Source: Octopus vulgaris (lineage: Eukaryota). From it: a DNA stretch of 64,000 bases. The DNA lies in the NCBI GenBank assembly GCA_951406725.2, contig OX597831.1, positions 25,358,001 to 25,422,000 on the forward strand, in the 5' to 3' direction. The position numbers and the translations under genes were made by a program. Below, piece after piece: positions 1 to 13,319 of this stretch (position 1 is its first letter; the number at the start of each line of letters is the position of its first letter). Under the pieces are notes generated by a model, which was given only the letters and a program-made list of their open reading frames with translations, searched no databases and was not told the DNA's origin.

Positions 1-222
1 TTCTATTTTTTTAAGGGGAAAGAAATAGGTTCCTTTAAACATGGCAGAAAAAAGTTACTTTCCCATTTGGCTGAAATCATTAAAAATGGAAGTGATTACA
101 TTCTTGATTACAACTATACAGATAAACATAGTTTACATTCATTTTTATATCTTTTCTAGTAAAATGCAATTACTTTCCAAACACCCTAATATGTATATAT
201 ATATGTATATATGTAGACAAAA

Positions 223-428
223 TAAATAAGTAGATTGCTTACATGTCTGCACTAATATAAACAACCTTTAAATTAAGGCAGATATTAAGCTGCCTCATAA
301 GGTTTGAAGAAATCCATGTTAAATTATAATCCCTTAACAGAATGTCTCTAGAATGCAAAGTCAAGTTTGTGTCCATGTGTGTGTACGTGAGTGTGTGTGT
401 GTGCGTGTGTGTGTACAATTCTATTCAG
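223..428. repeat. ~200-bp direct repeat, copy 1 (copy 2 at 2411-2608)
   Basis: TAAATAAGTAGATTGCTTACATGTCTGCACTAATATAAACAACC...GTGTACAATTCTATTCAG recurs at 2411-2608 with scattered substitutions. Confidence 0.9.
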
Positions 429-519
429 AGGGTTTTTTTAGCCCAATATTTACTAGCTACTATATTTCATTTTTGGATTTGGTTTGCAAGATTCTTTATG
501 TGAGTTCGTGTGTTGAAGC

Positions 520-1127
520 ATATTCTGTTGTGTCTGGAGAGAGTCTTTCTCTTTTTGTGCCTTATGATTTAACACACTCACCGGTAAAATTTGCACCTAT
601 TTCTTATTTTCATTTTTATTTTTATTTTTATAAAAATAAGAAATAAGTGGAAATTTTACCGGTGAGTGTTAAGTTAAGTTAAGTTAATTTTTTGGCTCAA
701 AAAGCAAAAAGCAAGGTCATGTAGGGGGACATAGAGTTATGTACAGGGATGTTCATGCAAAGAGTTCAGGCCATTTCTGCTCAAGAGAGACTTTGAACTG
801 AGCGGTCATCAGCATCTTCACTATCTCGTCCGGCAGCTTATTCCACGGATCCGCAACCCGGACGGAGAAAGCCCCTCTCCTTCGATTGAGATGAAATCGT
901 CGCAGATAGAGCTTTTCGGAGTGACCCCACAGCCGACGCTCTGGAGCAGGAGTGAAGAACAGCTCTTTCGAGAGGTTACACTTTCCGCTTATTATGTTGT
1001 GAGGAAGAATGAGATCACCACGGCGGCGGCGTTTTTCTAGAGAATAAAGGTCGAGCGTCTTCAGCCTGAGTGTGTTAAATAATAAGGTACAAAAAGAGAA
1101 TGACTCTCCCCAGACACAACAGAATAT
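520..1127. repeat. Imperfect inverted repeat (foldback) whose right arm is split by a LINE insertion
   Basis: Left arm 520-610 (ATATTCTGTTGTGTCTGG...AACACACTCACCGGTAAAATTT...CTTATTTT) is the reverse complement of 632-669 joined to 1074-1127. Confidence 0.85.
670..1066 (-). mobile_element. 5'-truncated CR1-clade LINE 3' end with (TTAAC)n tail and 7-bp TSD
   Basis: Reverse complement matches 56489-56870 (LDLYSLEKRRRRGDLI...LRGH...FSVRVADPWNKLP). TGAGTGT is duplicated at 663-669 and 1067-1073. Confidence 0.9.
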
Positions 1128-1613
1128 ATTTGCTGTTATTTATAGTTTTATCGGCTTTGAGATTTGCCCCATCAAAAAAGAATTTTATTTGTGTGTGTGT
1201 GTGTGTAATCCTTTTGTGTGCATCAGATGTCATCGCACATTTTGTCTTCAAATTTGTCCCATTGTTCTTGACAAACGTGGAAGTGGTGAAAGCCTCACAA
1301 GCATACATTCGCACATATATTCTTTCCATGTGTACCCTTGTACAGTTGCAGCTTGTGTATGTGTTCTTACACTCATTTACACAAACACATAAGCATGCCG
1401 TCAATGTACTTCATACCTACTTTGGCATGGTGACAAGTGTTACAGAGCTGCAAAATGGCTAAATGGATAAAGTATTTGAAACTATCACAAGGCTAATGAT
1501 ATAGACACACCTACAGCAGTAAGTTCATTAACATAATTAATGAAAGTAGGTGTGGTGCACTGTAAGGTAATGCAGAGAACAAATTATCAGGTGTGGCAAA
1601 AATATTCCACATA

Positions 1614-1802
<189 letters not shown>

Positions 1803-1882
1803 GTTTTAAGTTTTGGCACAAGACTGGTAATTTTGGGGGAATATATATACACATATATACACACACACACACATATATATGT

Positions 1883-2046
1883 GTGCAAGAGTAGCTGCAT
1901 GGTAAGTAACTTGCTTATGAACCACATGGTCCTGGGGTCAGTCCCACTGTGTGACACTTTGGGCAAGTGTCTTCTACTATAGCTTCAGGCTGACCAAAGC
2001 CTTGTGAGTGAAATTGGTATACAGAAAACTGAAAGAGGCCTGTCGT
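1883..2046 (+). mobile_element. SINE family A, 5' half
   Basis: tRNA-like head and GACACTTTGGGCAAGTGTCTT core; matches the full copy at 37982-38369. Confidence 0.85.
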
Positions 2047-2121
2047 GTATATATATATATATATATATCTGAATAAGATAGAGTCAACAAGAAGGAGTAT
2101 TGCTGAACTGTTATTTTTCAG

Positions 2122-2223
2122 TTACTATACGTTTCCATACAACATAGTTCTTCATATATGCAAGAATTTGATTAGGCACTGGTTTACCTGTATAATGGGA
2201 TCCAGTTGTATTTCTTCAGGTAA
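2122..2223 (-). ncRNA. Decayed type I hammerhead-like motif (Penelope-like pLTR remnant)
   Basis: Minus strand: TTAC-CTGAAGA-A-ATACAAC...GTTGTAT-G-GAAAC-GT-ATA-GTAA. Stem I TTAC/GTAA, 7-bp stem II, mutated stem III; module abuts (TA)n. Confidence 0.55.
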
Positions 2224-2410
2224 TATTCAAATGGTTGTCCCTGTTAGTTACAAAACCTTCAACTTCCATCTGCCTTCTTTGAATTTATATGTTTATATAT
2301 GATAAGAGAAATATATCATGATAAAATTTATTTAACCATTGGAAATTCATGCATCACAACAATTGTTTCACAACTTAAAACATGTGATGATAATTTATTT
2401 TATTATATTT

Positions 2411-2608
2411 TAAATAAGTAGATTGCTTACATGTCTGCACTAATATAAACAACCTTTAGATTAAGGCAGATATTAAGCTGGCTCATAGGGTTAGATGAAA
2501 TCCATGTTAAATAATAATCCCTTAACATAATGTCTCTAGAACGCAAAGTCAAGCTTGTGCCCATGTGTGTGTGTGTGTGCGTGCGCATGTGTGTACAGTT
2601 CTGTTCAG
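2411..2608. repeat. ~200-bp direct repeat, copy 2
   Basis: See 223-428. Confidence 0.9.
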
Positions 2609-3323
2609 TAATTGGGAGTAGGAAAGAAATTGTACAAATGAATGCATTCAGTTCCTGAAAAGGCCATGTTTGGCAGAAAGTTTGCATGATGCAATTTCAA
2701 GACCTTTCAATGTCATTCATATTGCTAGAGTCCATTCTGACTAACATGTGCCTAAATTTGAAAGGAAAAAAACCTTTTGATTGACTCAGCATGTATAGAT
2801 AGAGGAAAGGAGAAATCAGTCACATCATTTATGGATTTGTTAGCATCTTTACCATTGATTGAGATAACAAAAGATTCCTTAACTAATTGGAACTGGTATT
2901 AATCATGATTCTAGTTGGATCCAACTCTGAAAACCTGCTAGCAATATATATACTTTGCAGAATATTTTATAATTTTAAAAATAATTCATTTTTTTTTTTT
3001 TTGTTTTTTATAAAACTGTCTCAGGGGTCAGACTAAATACTGTAGCAGGCCAAATCCAAAGCACAGTCAGCATGCTTGACTTTTCTGCAATATGGGTTGC
3101 ATCAGATAATCTCTGTGCTCATTTACCATAGCAGCCATATCATCATCAGCAAAGGCTCTTGCATATTTTAAAACAGAAATACTATGAATGCATGTTTAGC
3201 TGTAAACCTTTAGACTGTATGCCAAGCAATAAAGACAGGATGGCTATAACTGGAATGTCCGAGGAGTCTGTTGTTTCATTGACGATTTTGGCAGTGGTGG
3301 CGGCGATTATTATTACTCCTTTG

Positions 3324-3554
3324 CTCTTTTACTTGTTTCAGTCATTTGACTGCGGCCATGCTGGAACACCGCCTTTAGTCGAATCAAATCGACCCCAGGA
3401 CTTATTCTTGGTAAGCCTAGTACTTATTCTATCAGTCTCTTTTGCTGAACCGCTAAGTTACGGGGACCTAAACACACCAGCATCGGTTGTCAAGCGATGT
3501 TGGGGGGACAAACACATATACACGACATATACACACACATACATACATATACAT

Positions 3555-3586
<32 letters not shown>

Positions 3587-3757
3587 CACATATACGATGG
3601 GCTTCTTTCCGTTTCTGTCTACCAAATCCACTCACAAGTCTTTGGTCAGCCCGGGGCTATAGTAGAAGACACTTGCCCAAGATGCCATGCAGTAGGACTG
3701 AACCTGGAACTGTGTGGTTCGTAAGCAAACTACTTACCACACAGCCACTCCTGCGCC
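3324..3757 (-). mobile_element. SINE family A, full length
   Basis: tRNA-derived head (GGCGCAGGAGTGGCTGTGTGG...GGTTCAGTCC), internal (TA/TG)n, tail CAGCATGGCCGCAGTCAAATGACTGAAACAAG. Confidence 0.9.
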
Positions 3758-4404
3758 TATAATTATTATTGTTATTATCATTATTATGAAGAACATATCT
3801 GTACATCACAACACTGCTTTATTATCTGGCCAAATTTACAAGTCATTCAAATTTAGCAGAAGAAAAAACAAGGAAGCTGAACAAAGAGAGAGCAGCTGCC
3901 TCTTCCTTGTTCATTCACTGGCAACTTCAAGATCTTACAAATACCACCATCTCTCTCTCTCTCTCTCTACATTCCATGGAATTGGAAGTGCTTAAAAAGT
4001 TAGAATTTCTGCTCCGTATAGTAATTGAACCTGTCAACATTCCATGAACTCTTGTACTTAATCTAGTTTCCGTAGTTTATTCAAAATAAATGATTAACTA
4101 AGAAATCTTCAGAGACCAAAAGTACATAGTTAACATGCAGACAAAAATCTTTATGGGACACCACCTAACACATTTACAGTTATAGCACGGCTGAAAGAGA
4201 TTCTGATCTAATATCATTATACACACACACACACACACACACATATGTGTGTGTAGGTGTGTGGGTGTGTTTATATATGTATATGTATGTATGTGTATAT
4301 ATGAGTGCATATGTATTTATAAATATGTATATGTTTGTGTGTGTATATATATATATATATATACATTATATGTTTCTATAGATATGTGTGTATATATGTA
4401 TGTG

Positions 4405-4429
<25 letters not shown>

Positions 4430-4438
<9 letters not shown>

Positions 4439-4445
4439 AAGAGGG

Positions 4446-4500
<55 letters not shown>

Positions 4501-4545
4501 GAGATGGATGGATGGATAGAGAGATAGATAGATAGAGAGGTAGAG

Positions 4546-4612
<67 letters not shown>

Positions 4613-4670
4613 GAGATGGAGAGATGGATGGAAAGATGGATAGATAGATAGATATATAGATAGATAGATA
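4430..4670. repeat. (GATA)n/(GA)n microsatellite
   Basis: Directly visible; another (GATA)n lies at 6025-6098. Confidence 0.95.
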
Positions 4671-5243
4671 AGCAAATATCTATGTACGTAAGATTGTATA
4701 GCAACATAAAATACAAATGTGAGTGAGGGGGTGGGTTTGTGTATCATTGTGCTACAGTGAGTGCAGTTATTAATGGAATATTTTTGGTTAATTTTGCACA
4801 ACAACAACTAAAGTTGTTCATGAATTTAAAAAAGAATCATCTGATAGTTGTGAAAGTATATGGCCAGTAATTAGAACAATGGGCCATTCCTGGACCTTTG
4901 ACGTGATATTGTTTAGTCAATATCCAACATGAGTGAAATGGCAAAGTAAATTTGATTAATACTGCCCTGACACTAGAACATTAACCAAAACTGAGCTGAA
5001 TATCTAAAAATATCTAAACGGCTACCATTAATGGTGCATTTTATAGTATACATTAGCATAAATGTCTTGTGTCTTCTCCTTAACAGTGCCACATCGTTTC
5101 CTTATGTAACTATATTTCCCAATATTCAAATTATTCTGGCATCAGGCTCACTATCATGAGGTGGTGAATTCAAGTACCGGATGAGGCTATGTGTTGTGTT
5201 CTTGAGCAAGACACTTTATTTTTTCATTGCTCCAGTTCATTCA

Positions 5244-5458
5244 TCTCTTTTACTCCTTTACTTTGTTTCAGTCATTTGACTGTAGCCATGGCTGGAGCAT
5301 CGCCTTTAGTCGAGCAAATCGACCCCAGGACTTATTCTTTGTAAGCCTAGTACTTATTCTATCAGACTGTTTTTGTCGAACTGCTAAGTTAAGGGGATGT
5401 AAACACACCAGCATCGTTTGTCAAGCGATGTGGTGGGGGGACAAACACAGACACACAA

Positions 5459-5505
<47 letters not shown>

Positions 5506-5676
5506 CATATATATGATGGGCTTCTTTCAGTTTCCGTCTACCAAATCCACTCACAAGGCTTTGGTTGGTCCGAGGTTATAATAGAAGACACTTGTCCAAG
5601 GTGCCATGTAGTGGGACTGAGCCCGGAACCATGTGGTTGGTAAACAAGCTACTTACCACCCAGCCACTCCTACACC
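5244..5676 (-). mobile_element. SINE family A, full length
   Basis: Same consensus as 3324-3757. Confidence 0.9.
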
Positions 5677-6023
5677 TATACTTACCATACAGCCATTCCT
5701 ATGCCTATATCTGTAGAAATTAGTTGCAACATCACTGGTGCTTGGATAACATTGGTGGTGTAAAGAGGGGAGGCTGCATGGCAACTGATAGTCTTGCATA
5801 GACAACCTGTCCCTGACTTGTGTCTCGGAGGGTAACTTTCTTGGTGCAATCTCATGTTCATTAATGACCAAAGGGGGTCTTTATCCTTACCAAATTCAAA
5901 TTATGACATGTAACCTAATGACATGTAACTGGCATAAACCCAGCAATTTAGTAAACGAGAGATTGATAAAATAAAGGAGTGTGTGCGTATGTATGAGACA
6001 GACAGACAGACGGACAGATAAAG

Positions 6024-6099
<76 letters not shown>

Positions 6100-6418
6100 T
6101 GAGAGAGATTGTTATGTAACTCATTTGTTTATGATATGATACTCAAATTTGATGTAATGCCGTGCAAAGCACACCTGGTTTTCCTCCTAACATTAGAACA
6201 ATGATAAATTGCAGGGGCATGTGTTCAGTTTATGCTACTAAAGCATCATACACACACACACACACACACACATATATGTATATATATGTACGCCTATGAA
6301 GATTTACAAACATACTTTCCCAATGATTCTCGGTTTACCTACCATTATAAACAATACAAAATGTTTTTTCTCAAACCTTTCATAATGTGATACAAGTGTT
6401 TGGTGTAGCAATTGCACA

Positions 6419-6509
6419 CGGCTAAAAAAGGCTTTTGAACTATCTGTTATGTCGATTATGCATTGATGTAAGAATAAGTTGTTCTATAAAGCCCGAAACA
6501 TATGTACCG
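6419..6509 (+). ncRNA. Decayed type I hammerhead-like motif
   Basis: CGG-CTAAAAA-A-GGCTTT...AAAGCC-C-GAAAC-ATAT-GTA-CCG. Stem I CGG/CCG, stem II GGCTTT/AAAGCC and palindromic stem III ACATATGT are intact; core CUGAAGA has decayed to CUAAAAA. Confidence 0.55.
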
Positions 6510-6550
6510 CAACATCCTTTGTGTCCTGTTTTTCATTTATTTCATTTGAT

Positions 6551-6603
<53 letters not shown>

Positions 6604-7118
6604 TGCATATGTATGTCTGTTTGCTGTATAAACCAACAGCTTATGGCTTTCCTTTGCATGAGATCTGGACTCTTTTTTATCCCTGCCAATAGCAGGACTA
6701 AATACCTTCAATTAGCCTTTCCAGATTCCTCCAAAAACCTTTTGTCTACAGTGCTGCCTAAACATTACACTTAATACTGGAATCTCTAATCAAAATGAAG
6801 GAGACTACTTTTACATATAATGCTACATTTGCTTCCTCATGGCATCAGTTACTAACCCCATAACTATCTAGGAGCAGCCTTATCCAGTAGCACTTAGCAG
6901 TCAGTAATATCTATCTACTAACAGCCAGGACCAGTTGATATTGACACAGCCAAAGAGATTGAATCATTACTTACCATCCAATGACAAGCAACCATATCTA
7001 GAGGCTATGACAATCTCGTTACTCAGAACTTTGTATCTGAACAACCAATAGTGTTTTTCTCACTTCTGTGAAACTTTATGATTCTTGATTATTTTGTTAA
7101 TATAATAAGGCACGAGTA

Positions 7119-7265
7119 GGTGCAGGCCTGGCTGTGTGATTAGAAAGCTTGCTTCCAAGCCACATGGTTTCAGGTTCAGCCCCACTGTGTGGCACCTTGG
7201 GCAAGTATCTTCTACTATAGCCTCGGGCCAACCAAAGCCTTGTGAGTGGATTTTGGTAGAGAGAA
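7119..7265 (+). mobile_element. SINE family A, 5' half
   Basis: Matches the family A head and core. Confidence 0.85.
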
Positions 7266-7364
7266 CTTTCCATAGTGTGTGTACATGGGTGTAGGTGCTT
7301 GTGCCTCCTAACAGAATAATAATATATGTATATGTGTATGTGAGTTTGTTTGATTGTATGTATA

Positions 7365-7794
7365 GGCACAGGAATAGCTGTGTGGTAAGTAGATTGCTTG
7401 CCAACCACACGGTTCAGTATTCAGTCTCACTGTGTGGCACCTTGAGCAAGTGTCTTCTACTATAGCCTCAGGCCTACAAAGACTTGTGAATGGATTTGGT
7501 AGATGGAAACTGAAAGAAGCCCGTCATATATATGTATGTATATATATATATATATATGTATGTATGTGTGAGTATATGTTTGTGTGTCTGTGTTTGTCCC
7601 CCCCCCCCCCCGCCCCTAACATTGCTTGACAATCAATGCTTGTGTGTTTGTGTCCCTGTAACTTAGCTGTTTGGCAAAAGAGACTGATAAAATAAGTACT
7701 AGGTTTACAAAGAATAAGTCCTGGGGGGCGATTTGCTCGACTAAAGGCGGTGCTCCTACATGGCCACAGTCAAATAACTGAAACAAGTAAAGAG
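7365..7794 (+). mobile_element. SINE family A, full length
   Basis: Matches the family A consensus from head to tail. Confidence 0.9.
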
Positions 7795-8568
7795 GGTATA
7801 TATGTGTTTATGTATGTATTTGTATTATATTAACATTTTTTTATTTACTTGGAATCAGTGAGAAAAAAACCTGCTTGATTCTTCAGATGCTTGATTCTTC
7901 ATAATCAATGCGTGTGCTTGTGTGTGAGCATGTCTGTGTGTCTTTGTGAGTGTGTGTGTGTGGTCACTGGTGTGAAAAATATCTTCAAGTGCGCAAGTAT
8001 ATCAAACTGTTTTTACCATTACAATATATATATATATATATATAATCACTAACGACAATTGTTGTTCTGTCAAGGTTGTTGACATTTAATGCTGGGTTTT
8101 AACTGCTGCAGTGACCTTGTGTTTTGGAAAGAGAGAGGGAGGGAGGGAGAGAGAGAGAGACAGGGGATGAGAATAGTAGGAGGAGGAATAGCGGGAGGAA
8201 ATGACATTTGTTGAATAAAGAATTACGCTAGATATTGATATAAATGAGCATAATGATGACAGTGATCATGATTAAGATGCGATTGAGAATAAACATGATG
8301 AGTGATGAAAAAGAAAACAGCAACAATAACAATAAAGACCGTTATAACAATGACGTTAATTTTATTGATGAAGATGGTGATGAGATGATGATGACAGTAA
8401 TGATGACATCAATGACGATGATATGATGATGATGATGGTGGCGATAGTGAGGGTGTTGGTGGTACTGCTGTAACATTGATGTCAAAGACAACTTTCGTAT
8501 AAGATCAATATTGGTAATAGAAAAGTTACAGGGAGTTGAGTCACTCTTAATATATTACTGGTGCTTAT

Positions 8569-8780
8569 TTAATTCTTTAGCATTCAGATTAACGCATCGA
8601 ATCTAATGCTTATCTGTTCACGTTGTTTTGAATTAATCATGCATAATCTTGTAGCTTTGAAATTCCTCTGATGTGATTGTTTATTTTTTGGAATGACATT
8701 GTAGGGTCAGTGTGAGAATTGAACATAAAACACGCAGAATATATGAGCTAGATATGACTGGTTTAAATGAGAAAGGGTTA
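8569..8780 (+). mobile_element. piggyBac-like MITE
   Basis: TTAA-TTCTTTAGCATT ... AATGAGAAAGGG-TTA degenerate TIRs. Related pieces at 9285-9449 (ends AATACTAAAGGGTTAA), 62060-62470 and 62475-62951. Confidence 0.6.
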
Positions 8781-8812
8781 TCTATTTAGCATTTGGCACT
8801 TATATTCAAGCC

Positions 8813-9270
8813 ATCATCATCCTCATCATCATCGTTTAACGTCCGCTTTCCATGCTAGCATGGGTTGGACGATTTGACTGAGGACTGGTGAACCAGATGG
8901 CTGCACCAGGCTCCAAATCTTGATCTGGCAGAGTTTCTACAGCTGGATGCCCTTCCTAACGCCAACCACTCCGAGATTGTAGTGGGTGCTTTTACGTGCC
9001 ACCGGGCCAGTCCTGCAGTACTGGCAATGGCCACGCTCAAATAGTGTATTTTACGTGCCACCTGCACAGGAGCCAGTCCAGCGGCACTGGCAGCGACCTC
9101 GCTCAAATGTTTTTTTTTTCACGTGCCACCAGCACAAGTGCCAGTAAGGCAATGCTGGTAACGATCACGCTCGAATGGTGTTTTTTACGTGCTACTGGCA
9201 CGGAAGCCAGTTAGCCACTCTGGCAACAATCATACTCAGATGGTGCTCTTAACGCTCCACTAGCACAGAT
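8813..9270 (-). mobile_element. SINE-like family C with (GAT)n tail and internal tandem units
   Basis: Tail ...CAACCCATGCTAGCATGGAAAGCGGACGTTAAACGATGATG; repeated GGCACGTAAAA-containing units. Confidence 0.85.
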
Positions 9271-9481
9271 GGCTCCACTATTTTCAGACCAGCCATATCC
9301 AATCTTTCACACTTACCTTCGTTTGTCATTCTAAAATTAATTACATCATTGACATTTTTGAAGCTACAAGAGAATGCATGATTAATTCAAAACAATGCGA
9401 ATAAGCAACCATTGCATTTGATACAGCCAGCTGAATACTAAAGGGTTAACAACAATGGAGAGAAGAAAGTCGGTTTCTCTC

Positions 9482-9861
9482 TCTTTACTCTCTCTCATTT
9501 ACTTGTTTCAGTCATGTGACTGTGGCCATGTTCGAGCATCGCCTTTATTCAAGCAAATCGACCCCAGGACTTATTCTTTGTAAGCCTAGTACTTATTCTA
9601 TCGTTCTCTTTTGCTGAACCACTAAGTTATGGGAACGTAAACACACCAGCATCTGTTGTCAAGCGATGTTGAGGGGACAAACACAGATACACAACCATAC
9701 ACACACACATATATATATACACGACAGGCTTTTTTCAGTTTCCGTCTACCAAATCCGAGACTATAGTAAAAGACACTTGCCCAAGGTGCCATGCAGTAGG
9801 ACTGAACCCAGAACCATGTGGTTGGTAAGCAAGCTACTTACCACACAGCCACTCCTACGCC
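9482..9861 (-). mobile_element. SINE family A with internal deletion
   Basis: Matches the family A consensus. Confidence 0.9.
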
Positions 9862-10594
9862 TATTTAGCTTATGAAAATGTATCATTTAATTTCATACTA
9901 CGTAGCCCTCAATCAGCCGTGATCACATCAGTAGCCAATCAAGCAACACAACACGCCTCATATATATTTTGCTCCAAATAGTTGAGGACCAAACTGCACA
10001 CTCCAACTTCCAGTAGTTAATCATATGATTTGCTGGGTCACAGTCTAGACTTGTAATCTCTTCATTTACCAGTTCTTTTCTGTAATCATATTTTTTGTTA
10101 TTGCCGTGTAGCTTCAGTTCAGTTCCACCGGAGCCAAGTAGACCTATTTCATGTACATGGTTAGCAAACACCTATGTGTGAACTACAGATCTATCATTCC
10201 ATGTTTGCCTTGCATCCACTTAGCTGGACTTAGCTGGACACTGGACACTCTCGCATGCAGTGATTAACCATTAAGTTATTCAGTCAGAGGGAGTTAGCTT
10301 ACATCTCATTGTTGGAGATTGATATTTGAAAGAGGGATTTAAAAGCTTTTATGTTATCTGTTATTCTTGGATAAATCTGCAAAGAACAGTGGTATGTTAA
10401 AGGTGAATTTCACTGAAGGTCTTAAATTTAACAGTTGAAATGGTGTTAGTTTTATGACAGTACAGTTGAAACAGGCAGATGGTGAACTGAAACATAAATC
10501 TAGGGTTTTAAAATTTGATAACCTTAGATAAGATTTAGACGACAGCAGCTCATCTCTAATGATATGGCCTGCTGTAATTGTCACTTATTGTATA

Positions 10595-10994
10595 CTAGTA
10601 GTATCACTCGGCGTTGCTCGGGTTTGTTTTCTTTTCTACCCTTCAGAATTGGAATTTTTGAAAAGGAAAAATTTTGCATTATGTAGCTTGTTATTCTTTT
10701 TAAGTGAACATTTTTTCTGGTTGAAATACACCGAAAATTGGTGACATAGCAGTAAAAAAATTGTAAAAATAGGGATTTTCATAGAAAAGAAGCACCTTTT
10801 TTATGTAAATAATTTTTGGTGTTAACATGGTTCGATTTGAACTTTTTCTTCTACAGAAGGAAGAGCAAGCCTTCTTCTATCATACTCTCAATTTTGGTCA
10901 ACTTGCGCTGCAGGGTCTTGGAGGAGATAGTGTTAGTTGAAGGCTACCAAACCTGCCATACACAGACAACTTCAGCTTTATATATATATATAGA
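10595..10994 (-). mobile_element. Non-autonomous Helitron
   Basis: Minus strand starts TCTATATATA and ends AAACCCGAGCAACGCCGAGTGATACTACTAG|T (GC hairpin plus CTAG). Termini are shared with 33912-34281. Confidence 0.8.
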
Positions 10995-11138
10995 CTGAAC
11001 CATGTATAACATTTTAGATTAAGAGGAAACAGAAACGAAATGTATAACTTCAAGTTTCTTTATGTTGTAAACAGGCTGAGAAAGTGCCTGCTTGACCAAA
11101 GTAAGGGAACTAAAACTATTAAAGAAGTTTTATTCATA

Positions 11139-11262
11139 GGCGCAGGCATAGCTGTGTGATAAGAAGCTTGCTTCCCAACCACATGGTTCTGAGTTCACTC
11201 CCACTGCATGGCACCTTGGGCAAGCATCTTCTGTTAAAGCTTTGGACTGTGAGTGGATTTTG
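11139..11262 (+). mobile_element. SINE family A, 5' fragment
   Basis: Matches the family A head. Confidence 0.8.
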
Positions 11263-11718
11263 TTAGAAAATTTGCACCCCTACTTACTTTTCTCAGGTTT
11301 AGAAAACTGTGTAAAAAGTGATCTGTAAAAAGTCACTTGAAGTTAGGTTTCTTCTCAAAGAACAAGGTACAAAAATAAATAAATAAAAATAAAACAATAA
11401 AACCTTCGTTTGCCAAAAATTTTGGACCTGGATTTTCACCTGCTAAACAAATTTCTTCCTCAGCCAGTGCTTGCTACAAGAATTTTTCCTGTTTCTATAC
11501 CTCAGGGTGACTGAAGAATATATTCGATGTAACAAATAGAACTTCAGCTACAACAAATTCACTCACATGTATCCAACACTCTTTTTCTTTTATTCTTACA
11601 CACCTCTCTCTGTCTTTTCTATTGTTCCGTATCTGAGATTAATAACTCTTTATAAAATTATAATTTCACCAGAATGATTAACCACAGCTATAGATGGGCA
11701 ATATTTATATCTACACTA

Positions 11719-11934
11719 CGAGGAGGTGCTAAAAAGTTCCTGGCTTTAGGTAAAAGAAAATACAGGAAGATCAGCTAGTTATGATTTATTCAACATGTTC
11801 CCCTATCAGATTCACACACTTATTGCAGTGGTCACTCAGTTTTTCTAAGCCCTGTAAAAGAACTCGGAAGTTTGGGCAGCCAACCGGGCCTTTCACAATA
11901 CCCTTAAAGCCAGGAACATTTCAGTACCCCTTTG
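11719..11934 (+). mobile_element. mariner-type MITE
   Basis: TA-CGAGGAGGTGCTAAAAAGTTCCTGGCTTT ... AAAGCCAGGAACATTTCAGTACCCCTTTG-TA: ~30-bp TIRs with TA TSD. Second copy at 55943-56926. Confidence 0.8.
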
Positions 11935-13211
11935 TAAATGTCCATTAGTTTTATTTCCAATGGTCTTCAACTGTCCTTTTCCTGATGGGATTCAAATTAG
12001 GGCCCTTTCTTTCCAAACTACACACACCAATTATGGATTATTATTAAGTCTGGGATGTGAAAAGGAGGAGACAATATGGTTAAGGAAAGAACATAAAAAG
12101 GAGAGACAAGAATGGTGGGTGGACTTTATGCTGCTCCATGGAAGTCCAAGTATTTAGTTCCAAGGAGTAGCAGACATTGTAGTCATGGCAAGAAAGAGAG
12201 AAAGAGGAGAGACAGTTGACACACAGATCAAAGAATGAAGTGTATTTGTGCGGGGTTGAGGAATTACTGTCTTCCACTGACTTTTTTCTGGTAGACATTT
12301 ATTTAAGGATGCCTACGTTGAATATTAACTACATCAGACTCACCAGTAGTCTCACTGGGATTGTGAAGGTCATGGACCAAGTTTTTTTCACTTGAGTAAA
12401 CCATAACAAAACAGGCGTTTACTATCAATCAATTGCAGGGTGATTGACTTCTATACTGATTAAATAGGAGGAACAGTGAGACAGAACACAAACTATTTTA
12501 TTATTAGCCACAAGGCTAACACTTTTAATGAGCTGTTCCTTCGCATCTTAAGAATTTTGTCAAAAAAAAAGCCCTGAAGACATTTTAAAATAGTTAAAAC
12601 CAGATAAAACTCCCCCAAATAAACGGAACCTTCCTCAATTTACTTTCCTTAAATTTTAGAAAAGCTGAGAGATTTTTCATTCTAAAACAGATTTAAATGT
12701 ATATGAATGTGTAATGAGTGTGTCTGTTTAAAATTCATTTCACTAATTTATTTTTTCTTTGTTTTTATTTTTATTCCTTTTTTTTTAATACTTTAACCAT
12801 TATTTAATGAATTGCAGGTGAAAAGTGATTTGCTAAAATGATGACAAAGTTAGAAATTTAAACCAATTAAAACTGAATTGATTTAATGTTCTCATCTAGT
12901 ACATCCGATAAGTTTCTTAGCAGTGCTTTTAAAATATTCCATTGACATTTCAATGACATTTCTCTAAATGTAAAGATCATTTGTAATTTCAGAGAAGGTA
13001 GAGGCAGCAGGTGACAATAAGAAGATAAATATTCAAAATACTAATACTAAACTATGAACTATTACCCACTTTCCCATTGACGTCTTTTTGAAGTTGATTA
13101 TTTATTATTATTATTGTTAATCAATGTATTAAGTACTAGTCAAGTATTTGGTTTGATTACCTCATCTAAAATTCTTCGACTAAATTCTTGGCTTCGATTT
13201 CAAATTCCACA

Positions 13212-13261
13212 TGGGCATATGGCGTAGTGGTTCGATTCCAAGCAGTGACCTGAACAATAAC

Positions 13262-13319
<58 letters not shown>

